Virus record (IMG/VR): IMGVR_UViG_3300045921_000191
Location: 1 to 64,000 of that record
Origin: a virus
Direction: 5' to 3' (one strand)
Length of the DNA: 64,000 nucleotides
The notes beneath the pieces are model-generated. The model was not told the DNA's origin and did not search any database. It saw nothing but the letters and a program-made list of their open reading frames with translations. The first letter of the stretch is position 1; each line of letters begins with the position of its first letter. The translations under genes were made by a program, and so were the position numbers. Below are positions 26,682 through 34,087 of this stretch, piece after piece.

Positions 26682-26999
26682 CTAGGTCTTTTTTATTTTC
26701 TTGTCCCATCCGTACCGCTTTGCGTCGTCCATACCGTATTTATCGATCTTTTCGGCAAGTTCATAACGGTCGTGATGCTCTCGCATCCGTTTCTTCATCA
26801 AGCCTTCTTGGTTCTTCATGTGCTTTTTACCACGACGCTTGTCTTTAGTTTCGTAGACAGTAGCGCTTACCGAGCTTACCAGTTCGGGCTCGTTAACAGT
26901 GCCGCATTCAGGACAAACCGCTTTCTTATCGTCCCCTCCTTGCAAGAGCTTTCGATAAGGAAAGCCGCAATCAATGCATTGGTAGTTTCTGACTGGCAT
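26682..26999 (-). CDS. FmdB-type zinc-ribbon protein
   Basis: MP..NYQC..CG...CPECG. Confidence 0.75.
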   Translation of the reverse strand: MPVRNYQCIDCGFPYRKLLQGGDDKKAVCPECGTVNEPELVSSVSATVYETKDKRRGKKHMKNQEGLMKKRMREHHDRYELAEKIDKYGMDDAKRYGWDKKIKKT

Positions 27000-27000
27000 G

Positions 27001-27381
27001 TTACGAATCTTCCTTTTTAACGCCCTTTACATCTGGACCATACTTTTGGAGCTTGGTCCTGTTTGGGCATTTATCACACTTTCGATAATAAAACACACCA
27101 TCTCTCCTGGAGACAGGGATAATAAACAAATGTCCGCCATCGCAATGAGGAGAATGACACTTCCATTGTTCCAGAATCTTTTGATTTTGTAAAGATTTTT
27201 CAGATTCGGCGTCTTTGCGAGCTTGTGATTCCACTAAGTCTTTAAGATTTTGATACCTATCGATATCAATTCTAGACAACTGCTTTCGGAGAGAGCTGAT
27301 TTGGTGTTTCAGTCTCTTATTTTCTTGACGCAATCGGTCAATTCGAGCTTCTTCTTTATCGAAACTGCGGCGTTTGCCCAT
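27001..27381 (-). CDS. coiled-coil plus zinc-finger protein
   Basis: CHSPHC...CDKC. Confidence 0.65.
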   Translation of the reverse strand: MGKRRSFDKEEARIDRLRQENKRLKHQISSLRKQLSRIDIDRYQNLKDLVESQARKDAESEKSLQNQKILEQWKCHSPHCDGGHLFIIPVSRRDGVFYYRKCDKCPNRTKLQKYGPDVKGVKKEDS

Positions 27382-27406
27382 TTAAGGCTCCGTTCTTTGA
27401 CGTACT

Positions 27407-28387
27407 TTATTCTTCGTCTTTAATTGCGTCTAGTTCTTTTTGGCGCTTAATCATAAACTTCTTATTGGCTTCTAGCGCTTCTTTGGTCGCTGGAATGATG
27501 CCGCTAGCCACTGTATAAACGCTGGCTTTGACTTTGCGATTGCTGATGTGGTTCTTTTTCACTTCAAGAAGTGTTTCCAAACCAATCACAGCCTCTTTAC
27601 CGCCCACAGTAACTTTCAAATCACCTTTACGACGAGTCCTAATCACCAAAGCAGAAGAATAGGGCACTCCATCGCCACCGTAAGGGGTTTCAACAGACGG
27701 GCCATAAGAAGGCATCGACGCATAACTTTGATTAAGCAGCGTGACTCCGATCTTATCTCGAACTTTACTAAGGAAGTGGTTAATCCGTTTGGTAAGAGCT
27801 TTGATGGCTTTGGCGTGTTCGCCCATGCTCTTTTTCCAGTCTCCCACGGCGTACTCTAACTGAGCTTCTGACAAAGTGTTGCCGATAGAATCCCAAAACA
27901 AATAACAATCCAAATCGCTCAAGTCGATAACAATGTCATCGCCTTTTTCTTGTTCAACGACTAGTTTGCCAGTTTTAACATCTTTAATGATCTTTTCAGC
28001 GAAGGCGTAGCCTTGCTCAAGCGTGTCGGCGTGAAGAACAACCATTTCTGAAGCATCAGCGCCCATCCAATCACCCAGACGATCAAAGTCAAACTTATGT
28101 TCAGTTAAAATTAAGATAGGTAGGATGCCCTGACGCTGACAAGCGGCAATGCCTTCCATAAGCAGCGTAGTTTTACCAGTGTCAGGCTTGCCATAAATGC
28201 AAGTGATGACCCCAAAAGGAAGACCTGGAAGCTCGATAGAATCTTGAAACGCGTCGTTCATTTCTACCCACTTATTGACTGTAACTTTTGCAATAGCATC
28301 AGTGTCAGGGGTATAAGATACAGCCTCTTTATACTCGTTGTTAATGTACTGAGAAAAGGCTTTTGCGGCATCTTTAAGTTTTGACAT
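27407..28387 (-). CDS. RecA/UvsX-like recombinase
   Basis: GLPFG.I..IYGKPDTGKTT, WDSIG, LNQ, YGG, VKKNH. Confidence 0.9.
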   Translation of the reverse strand: MSKLKDAAKAFSQYINNEYKEAVSYTPDTDAIAKVTVNKWVEMNDAFQDSIELPGLPFGVITCIYGKPDTGKTTLLMEGIAACQRQGILPILILTEHKFDFDRLGDWMGADASEMVVLHADTLEQGYAFAEKIIKDVKTGKLVVEQEKGDDIVIDLSDLDCYLFWDSIGNTLSEAQLEYAVGDWKKSMGEHAKAIKALTKRINHFLSKVRDKIGVTLLNQSYASMPSYGPSVETPYGGDGVPYSSALVIRTRRKGDLKVTVGGKEAVIGLETLLEVKKNHISNRKVKASVYTVASGIIPATKEALEANKKFMIKRQKELDAIKDEE

Positions 28388-28398
28388 TTGATCTCCTG

Positions 28399-28833
28399 TT
28401 AATCCAACATAGCTTTTCTAGCGTTGGCTGCCAAGTCTTTTAATGATTCGTGCCGTTGCCTGAAACACCAAACTACATCAGTTAGGTATTCAAACTGCGC
28501 TTCTGCGTCATCTAATTCGTTTTGAACTTGTAGAACGTTCTTATCAGTCTTAGCCATAAGTTCCATGTCCTTGACTTTAAGGCCCTTAAACGCAAGTTTA
28601 TCGTAGACCTGTCGTTCTACTTGATAGAGTTTTGCTTTGATTGCTTTGACGCGGCGGCCCGCTTGTGACTTGAGCTTGGCCCATTTGTGCATAAGCAACG
28701 GTTGATCCTGAAGTTCGCCATTTAGGTTGTTAATATCGATAAATAACTCTAGCTCGGCTGGATCTGTAATGATTTCGCTAGGTGGATTTGTTTTACGTTC
28801 AAATCTAGTGGTCATCTTAACCCCTCTTGACAC
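28399..28833 (-). CDS. putative UvsY-like recombination mediator (coiled coil)
   Basis: Helical protein beside recA; ID..NL..EL..QP pattern. Confidence 0.45.
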   Translation of the reverse strand: MSRGVKMTTRFERKTNPPSEIITDPAELELFIDINNLNGELQDQPLLMHKWAKLKSQAGRRVKAIKAKLYQVERQVYDKLAFKGLKVKDMELMAKTDKNVLQVQNELDDAEAQFEYLTDVVWCFRQRHESLKDLAANARKAMLD

Positions 28834-29062
28834 GGAAGTCGTTTACTAGAACTCGCTCCTTGAGGTTGTATTCTTTCCATTTTGGAAGATCTTGATACTG
28901 AATTATTAGTAAATATTTTTCTGGAATAATAGTGTCCAAGCCAACTCCAATCACTACCCAACTGACTTCAAGATCAAGACCGCTTTCAGTGTCTTTAGCT
29001 TTAGTCACGAGCATTGCTAGATCTTTAAAAGAGTCGTGTTTGTAAGCTCTGCCTGGTTTCAT
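28817..29062 (-). CDS. hypothetical protein
   Basis: RBS AAGGA; own promoter ATGACA-N17-TATCCT. Confidence 0.6.
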   Translation of the reverse strand: MKPGRAYKHDSFKDLAMLVTKAKDTESGLDLEVSWVVIGVGLDTIIPEKYLLIIQYQDLPKWKEYNLKERVLVNDFRVKRG

Positions 29063-29070
29063 AACTATCC

Positions 29071-29217
29071 TTAGTTGTTAGGATAGCATGCACAAGTCAA
29101 ATTGTCATCCTGAAACTTTTGAACGTTACTATTTCGGCAGACTTTCTTACACTCAATCAATTGAGAAGTAGAAGCGCAGCCGCTTAAAAGCAATAATGTA
29201 ATAATGATTTTCTTCAT
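29071..29217 (-). CDS. small Cys-rich lipoprotein (48 aa; not in ORF track), o-spanin candidate
   Basis: MKKIIITLLLLSGC lipobox, then ASTSQLIECKKVC...CACYPNN; ATGA overlap with the upstream gene. Confidence 0.65.
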   Translation of the reverse strand: MKKIIITLLLLSGCASTSQLIECKKVCRNSNVQKFQDDNLTCACYPNN

Positions 29218-29603
29218 TTTCTCAGTTGGCCCGCTGACCATACAGCCAATCCAGTGAAGAGAACTCCACCTATAAAATAGAGAACTTTGTTAGATTCTTG
29301 AAGCTTTTCCATTGTATTGACGCGATCTTCTACTTTGTAAAGACTTTCTCTGAGCAATCCGTTTCGTTCGTCGGCTTTGTTCAAGGCTAGATCTTTTAGA
29401 TCCAAAGCCTTTTCAAGATGTTCAACTTGCTTTTCTCGTTTGTCAGCGTCTTCAACCAGTTTCCCGACTTTTTTATGACATTCTTTTGTATAAAGGTATC
29501 CAGTTCCACTGGACTGTACACCAGTGCTGAAGTCGCAGTCAGCCATTGCCACCTGCGACCCCAACATTGAGATCAAAACTAAGCTGTGGATTAGCTTATT
29601 CAA
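29214..29603 (-). CDS. exported coiled-coil protein with C-terminal TM
   Basis: Signal peptide, heptads, C-terminal VLYFIGGVLFTGLAVW. Confidence 0.7.
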   Translation of the reverse strand: MNKLIHSLVLISMLGSQVAMADCDFSTGVQSSGTGYLYTKECHKKVGKLVEDADKREKQVEHLEKALDLKDLALNKADERNGLLRESLYKVEDRVNTMEKLQESNKVLYFIGGVLFTGLAVWSAGQLRK

Positions 29604-29895
29604 GCACTTCCCCTGACTCGCAATCTACGCGATCAAGTTCCATTGCTTCCAAGTCAGCTTTACTAACAACAACAGGAAGCGCTAGACCAGGAGCAACTTG
29701 AACTGCAAGCAAGTATGCTTGACGTTCTTTGCTGAACTTGCGAACTTGTGCTGGAGGAGCGCTGCCATCTTTAGGTTGAATGCAGGTTCCTTCTGCGAAC
29801 ATAGGGCGAAGATCAAGTTGACGCTTGACTTCTACACCACCGAGAGCAAGTGCTGCTCCCAAAACTAGGCCGATTGAAAGTGATTTTTTGCTCAT
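29596..29895 (-). CDS. membrane-anchored hypothetical protein
   Basis: N-terminal hydrophobic helix; two Cys. Confidence 0.65.
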   Translation of the reverse strand: MSKKSLSIGLVLGAALALGGVEVKRQLDLRPMFAEGTCIQPKDGSAPPAQVRKFSKERQAYLLAVQVAPGLALPVVVSKADLEAMELDRVDCESGEVLE

Positions 29896-30188
29896 TTAGG
29901 TCTCCTATTTTTGTGCCAGTCCTCTGAAACAGACGCAGCATCATTGTTTTTAATTTCTTCTTTTTTAGCATCGGCAAGTGCCTTATGCTTCTCAGACTCT
30001 TTGACGAGGTTATCTTGAGTGCTTTTAAGCTCATCGTCTTTCTTAATAGCGTTTTTAACTTCGCCTTTGACGCTTCGAGCCAAAAATGAGAATATAAGAT
30101 TCTTGAAGATAACTAAGATAACCAAAGGAATTAGCAAGAAAAAGATTATCTTATTCTTTTTATAAAGATTCTCAAGCCATTGTTCCAT
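29892..30188 (-). CDS. i-spanin-like protein (N-terminal TM plus coiled coil)
   Basis: IIFFLLIPLVILVIF, then a Lys/Glu-rich helix. Confidence 0.5.
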   Translation of the reverse strand: MEQWLENLYKKNKIIFFLLIPLVILVIFKNLIFSFLARSVKGEVKNAIKKDDELKSTQDNLVKESEKHKALADAKKEEIKNNDAASVSEDWHKNRRPK

Positions 30189-30357
30189 CTTGTCTCCTGA
30201 TTCTATCTTCTACTAAATTGGCCACTTCCGTCAATAACATTTTTTGTTCTGGAGTAGTTTCTACCTTTTCAAATAAGTTCTTTGCAAACTGGAGTTGCAT
30301 TAGATCTTGACAAGACTCAAGCGAGTCTGCCATCCAGTTTATTAGTTCAAATTTCAT
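30172..30357 (-). CDS. hypothetical protein
   Basis: Coupled ORF. Confidence 0.55.
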   Translation of the reverse strand: MKFELINWMADSLESCQDLMQLQFAKNLFEKVETTPEQKMLLTEVANLVEDRIRRQDGTMA

Positions 30358-30662
30358 TTAGGCTCTTCCTTACCACCTTTAGCTTCCATATCGAGGGATT
30401 TGGTGGAGCCATTACTTTGAAGCTTTCTACCAAGGTAAGCAGCAAGACAAATACCAAAAAGGTAGTTTGCTTGAGTCAGGTCTACAGCGCCTAGGAGATT
30501 GGTAACTTTACCAATTTGACCTAAAAGAGCAGTATTAAAACTGATGAATACCATAGTTCCTGTGAATGTAGGGTATCCATTAATTCTGATCAAAGGCAGA
30601 GGGACGCCGTACTCATTAAGCTTTTGAATCGATTTCTTAAGAAACGCAATAATCTTGTCCAT
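30354..30662 (-). CDS. holin-like membrane protein
   Basis: Two hydrophobic segments, YLGRK, charged C-terminus. Confidence 0.5.
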   Translation of the reverse strand: MDKIIAFLKKSIQKLNEYGVPLPLIRINGYPTFTGTMVFISFNTALLGQIGKVTNLLGAVDLTQANYLFGICLAAYLGRKLQSNGSTKSLDMEAKGGKEEPK

Positions 30663-31046
30663 TTAAAATTCTCCTATGTAAATATAATTCTTTTTCATCA
30701 TGGCCTTATTAACGGGCCACTTGTAGTTCTCATCTTGTGCCATTTGCATCTTAGGATCATAGATAATTACCTTCTCAAGTTCTTCAATTCGATGAATATA
30801 GACTTGAGTAGGATTAAAAGCGTCTTCGGTTTCTTTGGAATTATCTACTAAACCAGCGAGAGGATCTGGACTGTGCATAGCTTTCTCTAGTTGAGCAGCC
30901 ATTCCCAGCATTGCTTCTTGAACTGGAGTTTTAGGTACTTTAACCTTGACTTTTGGAGTATTAAGTTTCTTGTTCTCTCGGAAACAATAAACAGCCCCGT
31001 AACTAAATACGAAAAATACTGCTAATACTGCTAGAATTTCGATCAT
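30663..31046 (-). CDS. membrane-anchored hypothetical protein
   Basis: N-terminal TM. Confidence 0.65.
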   Translation of the reverse strand: MIEILAVLAVFFVFSYGAVYCFRENKKLNTPKVKVKVPKTPVQEAMLGMAAQLEKAMHSPDPLAGLVDNSKETEDAFNPTQVYIHRIEELEKVIIYDPKMQMAQDENYKWPVNKAMMKKNYIYIGEF

Positions 31047-31693
31047 TACTTCCTCCTAACAAACATTTGAAAAAGACTTTTCTTAAGCCGCTTCCTGGCA
31101 TTAATCCCAAGAGGTTCTAGAATCTTCTCATATTTAGCGATGATAGCAAAAGCTTCATCTGGAGTCATATTTTTTATCTTCTCTTCACAGACTTCTATCT
31201 CAATAAAAGAATCTGCCTTTTTGGGCTTGCCATCCGTAGTGTCGTACACAGTGTAGAAAACTACAGTGGCATCATCCATTTTATAGATATGACAATTTTT
31301 GATGATCGAGAAATTAAATGACGCACCGCTTCGTTCTAGTTGTCGCAAAACAGTCTTTTCGTCAGTTTCATTCTTAAGATCCCAATTAAGCTCTTCACGT
31401 TGAATGTTGTTCTTAGAATCAATAGGCTTGTATTTCCAAGTAACCTGTCTACGGCCATTATCCAAACCATAAGAAGGCTTTCGGTAACGTGCAAAAGTGC
31501 CTTCTGCGTCCCATTGTTGATTGTTTTTAAACCACCAATCAGGATAGGTAAAATAAAGGTCAGGACCCTCGACGTAAATAAAAGCTTTAGTTTCAGGCAA
31601 GGCTTCAACAATCTGCTTGAACTCAATCAAGAGATGATCTTCGATCGAATACTTTGTTTCAAACTCTATGTGCTCAAGGGTTTCCGTAGTCAT
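31046..31693 (-). CDS. CYTH (triphosphate tunnel metalloenzyme) domain protein
   Basis: IEFETKY (ExExK), DLYF, R.R, REE, FIEIE. Confidence 0.75.
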   Translation of the reverse strand: MTTETLEHIEFETKYSIEDHLLIEFKQIVEALPETKAFIYVEGPDLYFTYPDWWFKNNQQWDAEGTFARYRKPSYGLDNGRRQVTWKYKPIDSKNNIQREELNWDLKNETDEKTVLRQLERSGASFNFSIIKNCHIYKMDDATVVFYTVYDTTDGKPKKADSFIEIEVCEEKIKNMTPDEAFAIIAKYEKILEPLGINARKRLKKSLFQMFVRRK

Positions 31694-32463
31694 TAATCAC
31701 CGAGAAGGGTTTTACCTTTCTCGTCGGAGAACTTAAACTTGCTCCTCTTTTTACCAGAAGATACAGGCTTTTCTCCCGTGACGAACGGAAGATTTTTTAG
31801 TTTCTTCTCTAGATCAGCTAGATCTCCATCGTTTTTAACGACGTTCTCTTCTCCGACTAACTGCCTAACCTCAATAACCTGTCGTTCTGATGGATGCGTA
31901 GCGGCTTTCAAGCGCTCTTCGGCTTCAGGACGTTCAATATAGTAACCATAAAAGCTCTCAGCGAACTTGTCTCGGAGAAATTTAAACTCATTAGGAAATC
32001 TAACATCGGTGACGCAGTAAGTTCCTTCTGGATTCAAGCGAGACAAAACTCTATTAGAGAACGCTGCTTGAAGGTGCCAATCAGGATGTACTTTGTTGCG
32101 AATAACTTCAGTTCCAACGAATTGAAGGATATGTCGAATAGACTTCATTGTGACGCCGACTACGCCATACTCTGTCACGGTATTGATGTTATAAGGAAAC
32201 TCTTCTGTTGGAAGCGCTTGTACCATTAGGTTCAAAATTTCGCGAAGATGTTTTCTAGTAAAGGCGAACGGCTCTGCAAAAGGTTCAACCTTTTTAACTG
32301 GATCTTCCATATCTTCACGCTTGATATTGAATACTTTGGCGCAAATATCTTTCATAGGGCCAGCGAAGCTGATCTTACCTTGAGAAAGTCCAATATCAGA
32401 AAGTAGTTTTGCGGAAGCGTCTTTTCCACCACCAATAGGTGCAGTAAAGCTTACGATTTTCAT
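31693..32463 (-). CDS. deoxynucleoside monophosphate kinase
   Basis: GGGKD, SFAGPMK, R.ILQFVGTE..R, TDVRFPNE, HPSE. Confidence 0.85.
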   Translation of the reverse strand: MKIVSFTAPIGGGKDASAKLLSDIGLSQGKISFAGPMKDICAKVFNIKREDMEDPVKKVEPFAEPFAFTRKHLREILNLMVQALPTEEFPYNINTVTEYGVVGVTMKSIRHILQFVGTEVIRNKVHPDWHLQAAFSNRVLSRLNPEGTYCVTDVRFPNEFKFLRDKFAESFYGYYIERPEAEERLKAATHPSERQVIEVRQLVGEENVVKNDGDLADLEKKLKNLPFVTGEKPVSSGKKRSKFKFSDEKGKTLLGD

Positions 32464-32651
32464 TGATTATCTCGTTTTGCTGCTTGATAAATAGCGCGAG
32501 GAGATCCCTTAGCATTAAAACGTTGATGAACGTTTTCTACCTTGCCATCTTCCATCAACTTACGACCGACTACTTTGTCGGTATATTGACGTGGAGCTTT
32601 AGGGTCGAAACCTAATTCTTTACGAAGGGCTTTTGCCTTTTTGGTGCGCAT
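32460..32651 (-). CDS. basic hypothetical protein
   Basis: RBS GGAAAGGAAG. Confidence 0.6.
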   Translation of the reverse strand: MRTKKAKALRKELGFDPKAPRQYTDKVVGRKLMEDGKVENVHQRFNAKGSPRAIYQAAKRDNQ

Positions 32652-32683
32652 TATTCTTCCTTTCCTATAGAAGTTCTAGTGTG

Positions 32684-32716
32684 AGACTACCAAACTTGAT
32701 GCAAAAAGTCAAGTTT
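32684..32716 (-). promoter_or_regulatory. sigma70 promoter with near-perfect TTGAC-N7-GTCAA palindrome
   Basis: - strand TTGACT-N17-TAGTCT; TTGATGCAAAAAGTCAA at 32696-32712. Confidence 0.6.
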
Positions 32717-34023
32717 TATTTAACGTCTAGATCTTCCCTACGGAAAGGCTTGATAATCTTATCTAAAGAAGCATCTTTATCTGCATTTTTAACTTGAATC
32801 AAGCGAATATCGCCTACTGCGTGAGACCTAGTAATTTCGAATAATTGCTGAGTAGGATGACTCTCGAAGATCGAGATAGACTGCGCATAAGGATCAAGAC
32901 CGCTCAAACAACCGTTGATAATTAGCATACAACCGTTTTCCATAAGTTGCACGGTAGGCGTATGAACGTGACCTGCTAGAATGGCTGCAAACTTCACTTG
33001 ACCACCAATATCTGACACATTGAGCTTGTTAACTTGGGCGCTGATGGAGCGCATGTTAAGAGAGTTTCCAGGATTGCCAACGTTAATAATCGTATCACCA
33101 TGAGTCACAAAGAATTGATGCCCTTGCGCTTCTACGATTGCAAACGGAGCCATAGGAATGTGCATCTTAACATTCTTACAAGCAACAAGAGCTGCTTTAA
33201 CTGAATGATAAATGATGTTTTCATGTGAGTCGTATTTGTGAGTCGTTGCGCGAGTTCCGCTAGATTTATGCATCATACGACCGTGATTACCAGGCGTACA
33301 GTACACATCAACTTTATCAAACTGGGTAGCAAGATAGCTGATAAACTGTGTAAGCAAAGACATGGTTCCTAAATGTTGAACTGTCAAAAGATCTACGAAC
33401 CATTCTTGGTTGTGAATCATGCCAGCTATAATGTCACCATTAATGCACAGAACAAGGTCAGTATCTTTACGATAGTTACGTTTGTAATTTGCAATTTGTT
33501 GAGCAAAGGCCGCTAATCGACGAGAAGCAATTTCCCAGTTAAACTGGTTTGCTCCACCCATTTCAGCAGAATCAATGTTAGCCCCAAAATGCGTATCTGA
33601 GAGGTGAGCTAAAATTGTGCGTGATTTTTTAGAAGACTTGGCTACTTGAGTTACAGGCTTGTGAATATTAAATTTAATTCTACTAACTGCGTCAGTAATG
33701 GATCTAGATAGCTCTTCCATTGTATAGATGCGATTGCCGTATTGCTTGTCTAGTTTCTTTCGGTGTGCAGCGACTAGTTTAGAAGCCGTGTCTGCTACAA
33801 CGTCGGTGTCTGCATGAAAGTACATCTTCTTCATGTTCTCAAATCCGCCAGAGGATTTGATCGCCCAGGCGGTTAGTTCGTTAGGATCATTTGCAAAAAA
33901 TTCAGCTTGAGTAACTTCGGCTGGCTCTTTTCCTAGCATGGTGCCAACTTTCTTCATTGAGTCAACAAATTTCTTGTTGACTTCTTTAGGAGAGAGGGCT
34001 TTGGGTTGTTTTTTCTTAGACAT
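32716..34023 (-). CDS. calcineurin-like metallophosphoesterase
   Basis: SDTHFG, GDII.G, GNHG, HGD, GHVH motifs. Confidence 0.85.
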   Translation of the reverse strand: MSKKKQPKALSPKEVNKKFVDSMKKVGTMLGKEPAEVTQAEFFANDPNELTAWAIKSSGGFENMKKMYFHADTDVVADTASKLVAAHRKKLDKQYGNRIYTMEELSRSITDAVSRIKFNIHKPVTQVAKSSKKSRTILAHLSDTHFGANIDSAEMGGANQFNWEIASRRLAAFAQQIANYKRNYRKDTDLVLCINGDIIAGMIHNQEWFVDLLTVQHLGTMSLLTQFISYLATQFDKVDVYCTPGNHGRMMHKSSGTRATTHKYDSHENIIYHSVKAALVACKNVKMHIPMAPFAIVEAQGHQFFVTHGDTIINVGNPGNSLNMRSISAQVNKLNVSDIGGQVKFAAILAGHVHTPTVQLMENGCMLIINGCLSGLDPYAQSISIFESHPTQQLFEITRSHAVGDIRLIQVKNADKDASLDKIIKPFRREDLDVK

Positions 34024-34087
34024 TAGAACTCCTTAAATTTAGATTAGCAAATTCTTTAAAAATAAGCAACGACACTTTATTGTACCA

